Below, one piece after another: positions 48,732-62,479 of a DNA stretch of 64,000 bases; within the stretch, counting starts at the first letter, position 1, and the number at the start of each line of letters is the position of its first letter. This DNA comes from Piromyces finnis finn (Eukaryota; Fungi; Neocallimastigomycota): contig MCFH01000037.1 in the NCBI GenBank assembly GCA_002104945.1, positions 124,001 to 188,000 on the forward strand, given 5' to 3'. A program made the position numbers and the translations under genes. The notes beneath the pieces are model-generated. The model had not been told where the DNA came from and searched no databases. It saw nothing but the letters and a program-made list of their open reading frames with translations.

Positions 48732-49711
48732 TTAGAAAGTGTTTGGACGCTTGGCAACGAAAGTAGAGTTGTTCTTCTTACTTTCCTTAACAGTGATACG
48801 GTGTGGAAGTGGGAAGCTAAGATCATTTTGAATTAATTGCTTGACGTATGGACGACGAACATCGGCAGCCTTAACTTCAGCAACACGAATGATTTGGACG
48901 GAACCGAAACGAACTCTGTGACGAGCAGCCATATCTTGGTCTGTTATTTATAATAATAATTTATAAATAAAACATTCTTGTAATTTTATAATTATTTAAT
49001 TATATTTTTTAAAACTTACAGCAGTTAGTGACAGCATCAGCACGAGATAATTGACGGTATTCCTTGTACATGTTGTGGGTACCAGAACGAGAATCGTAAC
49101 GAAGCCAGATACCGAAAGTCTTAACTTGGTTCTTCTTTTCGAAGATCTTTTATTTATTCATAATATTTATTTAATATATTAAATTAATACTTAAACTTTA
49201 CACATTTTATTATTCTATATTTATCATTTATACTCACTTCAGAGACGTTAACGATTTCACCGGACATCTTCTTGACCTTGTTGACCTTCTTTAAGAAGTA
49301 CCAGAATCTGCTCTTAGCAATGACTGGGTTTGGAGCAAATAATCTCATTCTGAAAAGACGTGGGTTGGCGTCCTTTTCAGATGGGAGCTTACGACCAACA
49401 ACTTGATATTCGTGTAACTATTATTAATAAAAAAAAATAGTGATGGATTAATAACAGTTCTCAAACATATATTCATAGTTTAATTGACATATTCTCATTT
49501 AAACATTTATTATGCACCAAAAAGTTAAAAAAAATTGATGGATTAATTAATAACAGCTTTCTCATAGCTTTTTTAACATGTATTCAAAAGTTCATTTTCA
49601 TTAAAACATTCATTAATTATTCACCAAAATAAAAAATAACTAAAAGATTCCTCCACCATAAAACTTAAAAAATCATAATTAAAAAGAAAAATTCATTTAT
49701 TCATTTACCAT
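48732..49711 (-). CDS. RPL20: 60S ribosomal protein eL20 (L18a); ATG-only first exon, introns ~49708-49418, ~49237-49148 and ~49019-48941
   Basis: M|[12 protein letters not shown]...[20 protein letters not shown]...SGEIV; [21 protein letters not shown]; [16 protein letters not shown]...FPLPHR...RPNTF*. Strong high-expression codon bias. The first-exon assignment is inferred. Confidence 0.95.
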
Positions 49712-50443
49712 ATCTACTGATTTCAATATGAAGAAAAAAGAGAGATTAAAAAATAATTATTCAATTAGTTTTCTTTATAATTTAATTTTTTATGATTGGT
49801 CAATTCGAAAATTTATTATATGATTTGAAAATAATTTAGCCAACACAGCCACAAATTTGTATTTTAATATATTGAATTCTAAAAATTTTAAAAATTTTTA
49901 ATCTTTGTAAATTTTTATGAATATGTTTAATATAAAATGATGAATGGGTGATTGAAAATAGATGTAATTTTTTTAAATCATTTAATATTAAAATTTTAAA
50001 ATATTGATAATAAAAAATAATCTTTATATTGGAATAATAATTTAATTTATGTTATTTATTTTATATAATATTTTATTTTATTTTATTTTATAGATATGTA
50101 TTTATAATTTAATTATTTTTAAATAAAAATTGGATACATTTAAAAAAAAAACATAAAATAATATATATATTTTTAATACTATTAAAATTTTTTAAAAAAA
50201 AAAAAAAGTTTAAATAAAAGAAAGATAAAAACTGAATTTTAATAATAATAATAAAAAAATTAGATTTGTTGTGTAATGGTGTAATGATAATACATAATTA
50301 AATTTATTATTTAATTATATTTTCTTTTTTGAAAGAACTGTAGAAATTTTCTAGCTTGAATTATTGTCTCATTAAATATTTGATAAATGAATATTAATAT
50401 TTAATTTAAAAATTATCCACATTTTGTAACTTTAAAAATCTAG

Positions 50444-50475
<32 letters not shown>

Positions 50476-50863
50476 TATAAATGCTAAAAGACAAATAATA
50501 TAGCTATATATAAAAAAAAAAGCTTTCGTAGAGTTATTATTTATATAAACATATATATCTTTGAATTTTATATTTATTATTTTTATTAGTAAATTTCCAA
50601 ATATTTATATAAGTACCAATTTTTTTTTTTTTGTACCCTGAAATCCTCTTCATGTATTTATTAATATTTTTCATTTTATAATTAAATTTTATATTTATTT
50701 AATATTATATAATATTTTTTTTATTTATTTTATTTATAAATTATAATAATCAAATATATATTTGATTATTTTCTAATAATAAAATTATATAATTACAATA
50801 TATAATCCTTATAAAGATTAAGATTTCATAAAAAAAAAAAAAGCTGAAAAGAATAATGAAAAA

Positions 50864-52283
50864 ATGGTAATCACAAAGATACAGAAACGCTTACATAATG
50901 AGGTTGTTGAAGAAGAAATAGATAATCAAATATATGATTCATCAAGTTCATCATCATCATCTCCAGGACTTTCTATATTAAAAAAATTAAAAAAAAAAAA
51001 TTCAATCAAACTCTTAAAAAAAACTAAAAAACCAAAAGCAATATTTGAGGAAATTGATATTAGAGAAAAATTTAAAGTCATCGAAAATGCAAAAAATAAA
51101 GAAAAGGAAATTCAAAAAAAAGAAATTTCAAATTCAAATAATAAGATTTTAGAAGAATCAATTACTGATGAAGACAAAATTCAAGGTCAGAATTATATTT
51201 AAAAAGCTTAAAGATTAATAAATAAATCAAAGATTTTTTCAAAAATATTAATATTATTTTGATTTCTTATTTATTATTATTGTATTATTTTTATTATTAT
51301 TAAATATATGTATATTATGATTCAGGAAATAAAAATAATGATAAAAATGAATTAATTAAAGATCAAATAACTCAAAAACATATAACGAAAGAGCAATTGA
51401 AATTAAATAAACGTAGAAAAAAAGAAAAGGAAAAAGAAAAGAATTATAATGTATAAATATCTTAATAATTAATTACAAATAATTATAAAAATAAGTATTA
51501 TTAAAATCAATTATTTTATGTTTTTTCTTTAATGAAATTTATAATGGAATAAATTAAAACAAAATAGAAACAAGATAACTATCGTCGAGCTTTATTAAAA
51601 AAGCAAATATTTAAAAGCAGAGTTGTTGATACATTTAAACCATTTAATATAGCAGATAGTCCTATACTTAAAAGGAATGTAGATTTAAGAAATTCAATGG
51701 TTAGACGTTCCAGTATGAATTTAAGAGGAAAAAGAAAGTCATCAGCATATGGAGGATTATGTCGTAATATACTATAAAATAATGACTATATTCAAAATAT
51801 AAATAAATAATAAAATAATTGTATTCACTATATATATTATATTAATTCATACGTCTATATTGATTATTATACAGCACCACCATTACCAAATACAAGATCA
51901 AGTAGTTTTTATAGATTTATAGCATTTGAACAACCTGAACCTATTAAAATGAAACAATTACTATTATGGTGTTTAGAAAGAACAATGAAAGACCAAAGCA
52001 GTACTAATAAAGATACTAGTGAGAATAAAAACGAAAATGATAATAAAAACAATATACCAAAAAGTATTCTTGATAAAGGTATTTTATTATTTTATTTTAT
52101 ATACAAAATTAGTTATAAAGTTATAATACTTATTAATTTAACTGAAATAATCAAAAAATCAATATAAATTATATATATACAATGAAGCAAAAGAAATTCA
52201 AGAAATCATAGTAGAACAATTAATGAATAATGAGATAGAAACTTCATGGTATAATAGAGAAAAAAGTCCTGTAATTATTCTAA

Positions 52284-52373
<90 letters not shown>

Positions 52374-53227
52374 ATATATTATCTATTTTTATCTATTTCT
52401 CTATAACTATATATAATTAATCAATTAATTTATAAAATGATAAGGACGAAGAAGAATGTTTAAAAGGAAAAAATAAAATTAATATCGATAATGAAAAAAA
52501 ATTAATTGAATTCCAAGAAAAATTAGAAAAGTATTTAAATATTTATATTAATTTAATCTTTTTTATATTTATATATATATATTTTTTCAATTAATTTATT
52601 TAAGAATATATAATAAAAATAATATTTTAATATTTATTAAAATATTAATATACAGATTGAGAAAAGAAAAGAATGAATGGACATTAAATTATGAATATTA
52701 TAAGCAAAAACATGAAGAATTTATTAAAAGGGATTCGAATAATCCTATCATAATTAATTCAAATATTGTAAATATTGATACATATATGGCAAATGCAAAT
52801 GAAGATGAATTTAATAAAATTAATATGCTTCTTAGTCGTAATCATGAACCCGAAAATGAAACACCAATTCCTATTGAAGAAGTTGAGCATATTTTGGTAA
52901 TTATTATATTTATATATATAATAATTTAATTTTATAAAGTAAAAATATGTTAATATGTTGATTGTTATTATTAATTTATTTATTAATAAGATACCACAAA
53001 TAGAGGATTCATTACATCATTTAATAGAATTAAAAGATTCTTCACAAGATATTTGTGAAGATGTTAATAACAAAATAACAAAATCTTATCAATATAATCA
53101 ATATTCATCAGATTTAATGGAAACGACACCATCTAATAAACTCAATCTTCGTAAGATTAATTATTCTGGAAAAGAGATTATAGAGCCACAATATTTATTA
53201 AAAGCATTATCATCAACTATCTCGTAG
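50864..53227 (+). CDS. DSN1: Kinetochore Mis12-complex subunit Dsn1/Mis13-like, multi-exon
   Basis: RRSSMNLRGKRKSS motif, then FYRFIAFEQPEPIKMKQLLLWCLERTM, matching the fungal Mis13/Dsn1 pattern RRSS...RGKR.S...FY.HI....PEP.RM.QLL.WC; C-terminal P..LLKALS. Confidence 0.8.
52286..52372. repeat. Intronic (TTA)n microsatellite
   Basis: Directly visible; explains the poly-Leu ORF 52223-52420. Confidence 0.95.
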
Positions 53228-54076
53228 TTTATTATTTTAAAATAATAATTAAGTAATAAAATTTTTACATATACCAAAAAAAAAAAAAAAAAAAAAAACT
53301 GTTTAAGAATTATTATTACTTTTATTATAAATTTTCATATATTGATAATTTCTGTATTTTCATAATTTGATAAACTTTAATTTATTTATTTATTTATTAT
53401 TATTATTATTATTTTTTTTTTTTTTTTTTTTGTGATTATTAAATTTAGTGTAACATAAAAAAAACTATTTTGTTATTTAATTTATTACATTTAATTAATA
53501 TAAAATTGGTAATATTTATACAATTATTACTTCTAAACTATTTCAAAATTGTAACTTATTCAGCAAAAAAGACAATAATAATTATAATAAATAATAATAA
53601 ATAAATATTTTTTATAATTTTTTAAATCGTTTTTGATGAAATGAAAAATTAAAAGAGGGAGAAAGAGAGAGGAAAGGAGAAAAGAATGAAAATAATAATA
53701 ATAAAAAAAAAAAAGATAAAAAAAGAAAAGAAAAATGAAATAAATATCAAAATTTAAAAAAAAAAAAAAATTATTATATTATTAAGTTTTTATATGATTT
53801 AATTTCAATTATTTTAAAATATTTTTGATTATAAAAATCATACATATTTATTAAAAATTATAGTATTCTGTTTAATATTTTTTTAAAAAAAAAATAAATA
53901 AAATAAAATAAATAAAATTTAATTGCATAGTAATTATATACCATTTTCGTTTCTTATGTTATTATTGCAATCATCATATATCTATTTTAAGATTTATATT
54001 TAATTTATTTATTTTTTATTATTATTAGCTTTTCAACAATATTTTTTTTTTTTTTTTGTAATCAATATATAACACT

Positions 54077-57067
54077 ATGGAAAATAAGGATACATCAATC
54101 ACAAACATTCTTGTGGATACTGAAAATTCAATAAATAATGATGATTTTAAACCGAATCCTTTTCAAAATGATATCATAAATAAAAGATCAAAATCCAAAG
54201 CTAAACAGGATTTCAATAAATTTTTATTTAATACAGCGCAACTTAAAATTAATAAAAAATTAACTATAAATAATCAAAAATCAAAAATAAATAAATTTGA
54301 ATATATAGACAAAAAAAGTTTATTGCCAGAAGAAGAAAAAGAAAATGTTGATAATGTTATTATACCAAATGATGCAGATAATATAAATAAAGGAGAAGAA
54401 ATGTTTTTTTCTAATAATGAGATAGATGATTCAATGACAGAATATAAAGACGCAAGTGAACATTACTCCGTAATTATACCAGACGATTCAGAAATTATTG
54501 AAAACAATTATAACACTGAATCCAATAAATCAAAGACAAAAAAAATATTGGACAATACCATTCATACTAGTATGAATAACGATGAAAAAATAAATAAGGA
54601 AGATATGTTTAAAAGGAATGATGTTAATTCAAAAAGAATAGAAACACTTATGAATTCTTTAGGTAACATGAATGAAAATGTTAAAAAAAGAATAATATCA
54701 CATATATCAAATAACACTAGTACAACTAATAATGATTATTCAACCTCCATAAGGCAATCTTCAACATATGGTAATCTATATACTATAAATAATAATGATA
54801 ATAATCTTTTTATAAAATTATAAATTAATTAACTATTTTTAAAAAAAAAAAAAAAAAAAAATAAAAAATAAAATAAAATAAAATAATAATAACTAAATTA
54901 TAATTTTCTTTATAAATTATTTAATTATAAGAATCTTTATTAAAAGTAAATATTAATAAATAATAAGAGATAATATTAAAATTTTACATATAAGAAATAA
55001 TATAAAACTAATGAAAAAACAATTATTAATTATTTGTAAATATTATAATATATTTTAGAAATATCACAATGTAAATCAAATTTCTTCAAATAATTTAAAG
55101 GAACAAAATTCACAATCAACTTTAAAAAATAATAAAACTGATGATGATATAATTGAAATTAAAGAAGAAGCAAATTTCCACTCAAATATTCCATTAAATA
55201 AAAGTTATAAAACTTTAACTAAAAAGCATTCAGATTCAAATATAGATAATTCATTTTCATCTCTGAATAAAGCTAGATATAAAAAATATAATGGATATAT
55301 GAAGCATCAAAGTTTACCTGCATCCTTAATTACTAGAAGAACATCCATAGTACAGGATAATATTGATGATAGTAGTCCCCAAAATAATATAAATATTGCG
55401 AATGACTTAGATAATGAAAATTTAACTTTAAATGATAGCAATTTAAATAGCAATACTAACGATATTAAATTCAGTAAAACAATTAAGGAAGAAAATAATA
55501 TTGATCATAACAATCTACTCTTCAAAACACCATCTAATAATTACAAGTATAGAAATTTGTTATTGTCTGTTCAAAATAAAAATGATATATTAAAACATAA
55601 TTTTACGAAATCTCTCGATAGAGGAAAAACTTCATGTAAGAAAAGATAATATATATATGTGTGTGTATGTGTTTAATATTAATAATAAAATTAATTCTTA
55701 TATAATAAATTTAAAGATATGCAATTTTTAAATGACGAAACTATATTAAATAAAAAAGACTCAGATACACAATCAATAAGTTTAAAATATGAAAATTTTT
55801 TAAAATCACCTATTAATACACCATCAAAAATTAGTGAAATGCTAACTAGTAATCAAGATACATCATCATCTACATTATTATCGATCCAAAATTATAAACT
55901 ACCTACAACAGCCTATTCAGCTAATAGTTTCTTTGAAAAATCAAAAAAATCGTATACCAAAATAAACGATAAAATAAATAATTTAAATCAAAGTCCATTA
56001 TTACCTAAATCGCTTCATGAAAGAGATGAATTATTGGCATTACATACCGACTCTAGTAAGTCAAAATATGAAATGGATTATGAAATAATTAATGAAAATG
56101 AAAATTTATTAAAAGAAAATTTAATAAAAGGAAAAATGGTAGAAGAAAATTTAAATACTCAAAATAATATTGAAGACTCAACCATAAATAATAAAGATAT
56201 TTCTTTAAAACTGGGTTTTTACTCTCCGTTATTAAATAATGAAAATAATCATCAAAGAAATTTATCAGAAACTAGTCAATCTACAAGTAGTCGATTAAAT
56301 GTTAATTCACCAACATCAGAAAATGAAGAAAACAATATATCTGTTCAATTAGAAAGTTATTCAAGGAAACGTCCATCTGATACAAATGAGAAAAATGAAA
56401 TTGATCAATCACTGATAATATTGTCGGATTCATCTTCTCAAAATAAATCTGAAAAAAAAATTCATTATTCAAATAACAATGGTTTGTGCTTAGTTTATTA
56501 TTAATAATATTAATGATAATTTAATAATTAAATATATATATATATTATTGCCACTGTTATCATCTATAATATTAATAATAATATGATAAATTAATATTAA
56601 ATAATATATTAAATATTTATTTCCTTCAATAGAAATATCAAATAAAAAATCAAAAATTAAAAGTTCAGGAAATTCTATATTAGATTCACAATCATCGATA
56701 TCAAAACCCAATAATAGCAATGTATATACAGAAAGTCAAATTGATGAAATTAAAAGAATACTTACTGAAAAGGTATAATAAAATTAATAAATATGATATT
56801 TCATATAATTTAAATTTATTTATATACATCATTAATTCAATAATAAAAACTATAATGCCTAATTGAAAATGTATATATTTTCATTATTCAAAAATAAAAG
56901 TATGAAAAACAACTAAAAGATGCTAAAAAAGATTGTATGGAATGGGAACAAAAGTGTATTGAATCGAAAAATAAACATAGAGAAATAGAAAGTGTATTAG
57001 AAGAATATGAAATTACTATAACTCGAATGATAAGTAAATGTTGCTTTGTCTTATCAAACATAATATA

Positions 57068-57119
<52 letters not shown>

Positions 57120-57839
57120 TAATAATAATAACCAATAAATAAATAAAATTTAATAAATATAAATATATATTTAATAATAATACATCTTATTTAGAGGACA
57201 GCCAAAAAGAAAAAGAACGTCAAGAATTAAGAATTAATGAACTTCTTGAAGAAAGATCTTATCTTCAAGAATCATCTGAGATAATGGAAACTTCATTTAA
57301 AGAATTAAGATTAAAATTTGAAGAATTCAAAACTCAAAATGAGATTTTTAGTAAGGTAATAAAATAAAGAATAATATAATTTTTTATTTAACAATATATT
57401 TTTACTAATATATTGTCAATATTAGAATGAAGACTTAATGAAACAAACGATTACTAGTTTACAAAATGATGTTTTATTAGCATCCCAAAGATATGAGCAA
57501 ATTAAAACTCATGCTGAAGAGAAATTAGAAATGTAAATATAATATAACAAAAATAAATTTTATAAATAAAAATATGATATGGAAATTAAAAATTAAAATT
57601 AATAATTGATTATTCATAATATACATAAATATAGGGCAAATATTGAAATTGCGAAAGTGAGAAATAACTTTGATAAAGAATTATCAGCGATGAAAGCTAA
57701 GCTTTTAAGAAAAGAATTAGATAGTCAATCCCTAAATCAAAAAATTAAAGCATTACAAGAACAGATTAGTATTAAAACAAAAGAAAATGAAGAATTAGCA
57801 ATTATTTGTGATTCTTTAGTTTCCAAATTAGAAAATTAA
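54077..57839 (+). CDS. TACC-domain (transforming acidic coiled-coil) spindle protein, long disordered N-terminus, multi-exon
   Basis: Spliced C-terminus LEEYEITITRMI...METSFKELRLKFEEFK...NEDLMK...QRYEQIKTHAEEKLEMANIEIAKVR...KTKENEELAIICDSLVSKL* parallels the TACC domain (RYQALK.HAEEKL..AN.EIAQVR...K.KE.EEL.KICDELI.K). Confidence 0.85.
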
Positions 57840-59110
57840 TCAAAATTAAAAAAAAAATTATTTTATTATATTAAATATATAATTAAATAAAAAAATATGA
57901 ATCTTATTACTATTATAAAAAATAATTGTTTAAAAAAAATAATAAAATATTTATTATAAAAAGTTTAACTATTATTGAAATAATTCTAATTCTATAGAAT
58001 TTAATCTATTAAGCATTAAGTTATTTTTATTGTCTATTATATTAAAATTAAAAATATATTTTAATATTTTATATATATTTAATTTTTCATATAAGAATCA
58101 AAAATAATCTAACCTTTTATATATTAAAAATAAAAGGGTTAAATAATAAAATTAAAAAATATTTTATTATTATATTTATATAAACTCTGAAGATTTTAAT
58201 ACTTTTTTTAATTTCATATTTTATTTCTGATATATTTATTTATTATAACGTTTTTAAGGAATATAAGCGCATAAAAATATATTCAATAAATTTAGGAAAA
58301 AATACTTTATGACTTTATATTTATATATGAATATTAACTTTATATATAAAAATAAAGATTATTATTTATTTTTCGTTATATTATTAATATATATTTTTTT
58401 TGTTATGTATAATTGAAAATTTAAATTTTTATAATAAAAAATAAAATTAAAGTAAATAAATAATTAAAATATTTATACAAAAGAATAAAAACAACTATAG
58501 TAAAAGTATAAGTAACCCTATAATAATCACCTAAAATAATAATAAATATTTTTTTTCAGTTTTAAAGATTAAAAGAATTTTTATCTTTTTTGTGGTACAA
58601 AAATAATAGATTCAAATTTATTATTAAATAAACTTTCATTAATAATCATTGGAACTATATAGAGCAAATTAAAATATCGATAAATTTAGCAATTTTTATA
58701 TAAAAAAAAAGATAATTTTTCTTATAATAATAACTATATTTATAATTAATGAATGAATAGACAATAATTGAAGAAAATAAAAAAAAAAGTAAGTTCGCAA
58801 TATGGTTATAACTATATTCATTATTATTTAATAATTTTATTATTTTATAATTATTATTATTTTTTAATATATTAATATTAATTATCATTATATTATATGT
58901 TCTTATCATTGAAAGGAAAATCAAATAATAATAATAATTAAAGCTTTTTATATAAAAATTGTTTTCTTCAATATTTTTTTATTTTATTCTATTTTATATC
59001 TTATTCAATATATATATATATATATATAAATACATAAATTTATATGTTAAATGATAAATCTTTGCAAATATATATTATAATCACTATTTCTCAATTTTTA
59101 TTTTAACATA

Positions 59111-60440
59111 ATGGATGGAAATAAATGCTTCAAGCTTGAAAATTCAAAATATTGTTCAAATTTTAATGGACATTATGTAATAAAAAGAAAAGGTTTTAAT
59201 AATACTGAAAGTTTTGATCAGTATCTTCAAAAATATTTTGAATTTGAGGATTCTTACAAGAAATTTTTAGTTGATAATTTTAAATGTAGTAATCAAAATT
59301 TACCAGATTTCAGATACAGGCGTAGCTTTATTTGCAACAATTATGTTGTTATACCATATATTTCTAATAACATTAATTTGTGTGAAAGCCAGATTTCAAA
59401 TGACAAAAATGCTAATATTATTCCATATTGTTATACTTCATGCTCAGCTGCTGTAGATTCAATTGAAGAAATTGTAAAAGATAAACAATATGATTGTTCA
59501 CAAGTTGAAGTTCAAAATAGAATTAACGGTTATAAAACAAGTTGTAAAGGTAATAATTCAGAAGTTTCGGAATGTGTTTTAGGAATGGGAGATGAAATAA
59601 AATATTGTGGTAAATATATGTATATTTTAATTTTTAAAAATTATATTTATTTTATTATTATTGAACATAAAGTAATGCTATAATATTAATCAATAATTAG
59701 TAATTAATCATTTTAAATAACAAATAATAATCAGTAATAATGATAATAATAATTATAACAATATTGATAAGCATTATATATATATTTTTAAAAAATAATG
59801 TTTTAATATTTTTTTTTTTTTTTTTTAAATTCTAATTATTAATATAGGATATAGCAATAATGAAGATAAGAAAAAATATTGTCAACAAAATAAAGCTATA
59901 ACGGATGAATGCTGTAGCGATAATTATGAAGCTGATGGTTATATATTTAGAAAAGATAAAGCTGGTGAATCCTCATCAAAATTAACAACTGTGTTATTTG
60001 TATTAACACTTATAGCATCGACTATTATTACAGTACTTTTATATATATATAGACAGAAAAGATCAAAGAAAAATATAAAATACATGAGACAATTAGATGA
60101 TAATCAAAGCGAAAATTCAACTAAATTACCTTATGAAGATGATGAAGGAAATACTTCTTATACTGTAAAGTCTTCAGAAAACAATTTATTTTATGTTTTC
60201 CATGAATATATTCCAAAAATTAATGATGAAATACAATTAAATGTTAGTGACATTGTTAGAGTTAAAAAAATATTTGATGATGGTTGGGCTTATGGTACTA
60301 ATATATCGACAGATTGTGAAGGTGCTTTACCACTTGCTTGTTGTATTGAATATCATTCTAGTATCAGTACTATGATGATGTCATATTCAGCACCACCATT
60401 GGGTCCTGTTAATCACCGTGAATCTTCATTGATTACTTAA
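59111..60440 (+). CDS. Single-pass membrane protein: Cys-rich extracellular domain, TM helix, cytoplasmic SH3 domain; intron ~59609-59848
   Basis: About 12 spaced Cys; TM VLFVLTLIASTIITVLLYIY followed by RQKRSKK; SH3-like HEYIPKINDEIQLNVSDIVRVKKIFDDGWAYG...GALPLAC. Confidence 0.8.
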
Positions 60441-60868
60441 TTTCATTAATTTAAATAAAAATATTTTTTATTTCTTTTACATTTTTTTTTTATATTAAAA
60501 TTTTTAGTTTTTAATTTTTATTTAACATTATAGAAAATCAGCGTTAGCAGCAAAAATAAAACAAATAATAAAAATACCAAAATACTTTTAAAATATATAA
60601 TATATTTAAGTAATTATTAATTATAAATGTTGTTTATTTAATTATATGTTGTAATATTTTTATAAAACATGGTATTTAATGTTTTTTTTCCTTGTTCTTT
60701 TTCTCTCTTTTTTCTATCTATCTATTTTTTTTTAAATAATTAGGATTATAAATTTAATTTAATTAAGATTTAAAATTATTATTTATGATTCGTTAAAAAT
60801 AAATATTAAAATAATAATATATTTTTTCTGTAAAAAATAAATTATTATCAATATATGTACATATAAAA

Positions 60869-61891
60869 ATGGAAGGTTTAGTGAAGGAAAAAAGTGATGT
60901 TATAGCTCAAGAAATTGAAACAAGAGTTGAAAAGGTCGAAAGTTATTTAGTTGATATTCAATCAGCAATAGGAAATAAATATTTAACAAAAGAATTAACT
61001 AAAGGAAAGCCTTTACTATATCGTATTGATAATATTGAAAGATCCATTAATCAAATAATAAAGAGTAACAAACTTGATGAATTATTTTCAAAATGTAAAT
61101 TTTAACATAATATTTTAGCATATATATTCAATATTTAAAAATAATATAAATTACATCGAAATAATATATAATTATATATAATAAAGAAAACAATTTTAAA
61201 AAGAATTTTAGTATTAATTTTTCATTTAATATTTATTAAAAAAAATATTTTTGTTATAAACAAACCATCCATAGATACCACATTAAAAAAATTAATTGAT
61301 GTTATAAATGATAAAATAAAAACATCAGCAATTGATACAGATGCAAAATTAGATATAATTCTTATATCTGAAAATGAATTAATTGAAACGTCAAATAAAA
61401 TTAAAGAAATAAAATCTTTACAACAATACATAAATTCAAAAGAATATACAAGTAATTATTTACTTTATGTTTTTACATATATATAATAAAATTTAATAGA
61501 TTTATAATTATTAAAGTATTTTAATGGGATATAAATTTTTAAATATAGAAATCGAAGAATTACTACCTCAATTTTCAATATGTCAAAATGAAAATAGAAA
61601 AATAAAAGAGGAATTAAATTTCTTGACTCAGAAAATATATAAATGCCTTGATGAATATAATATATTCGTATCCTTTTTTTTTTTTTAAAACATTATATAT
61701 ATATATATTATTATTATTATTTAATTTAAAACATAAATATTAGATAATGCTATTCTTTAACCAAAATAATCTTTTTCATTCTTCTTTAGACCGAAAGAAT
61801 CTCTGAAATATTTATATGGTATAATAATTTATTAACTGAAATTGAATTAAAAATACTTGAAATTGAAAAAAACAAAAAAGAGTCATATTAA
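60869..61891 (+). CDS. DCTN3: Dynactin subunit 3 (p22/p24)-like, 4 exons
   Basis: ETRVEKVESYL; DAKLDIILISENEL...IKEIKSLQQYINS; KCLDEYN; last exon (61790-61891) TERISEIFIWYNNLLTEIE, colinear with remembered DCTN3 motifs. Confidence 0.7.
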
Positions 61892-62400
61892 ATTTCATTA
61901 TTTCAGTTGAACAATTATAAAATTTTGAGTCTATAAATAAATTAAATAAATTGTGTAAACAGTATAATTTCAAAAACGAAAATATAAAATTAAAAAATAT
62001 CAATATATAAATTCAATTATAACGCATTTTTTTTACATTTAAATTTTAATTTCATAAATTCAAAGACTATATTTCTAATAAAGTAATATAGAAATTATAA
62101 AAATATAATTATGATAAGTATAATTATAGCTTTACATTTATATTCAATATATTTTATCATTATTAAATCTTAAATAGTATTTATTTTATTATTATTACTA
62201 TTATTATTTTATTATTATTATTTTTTAAAGATATTACATTGGATTATATTGATTTTATGTATTGGTTTTATAATAAAATATAATATAGTATTTATTGAGA
62301 TGGGTATTTATTTGCATTTTTACTTATTGTATTTAATTTTGGCTTAAAAAATTGAAATAGATAAATTTTGAAATCTAATTTTTTTTTTGTTTTATAAAAC

Positions 62401-62433
<33 letters not shown>

Positions 62434-62479
62434 TTATATTAGTTTTTATATTATAATAATTATAAATATATTATCTATA

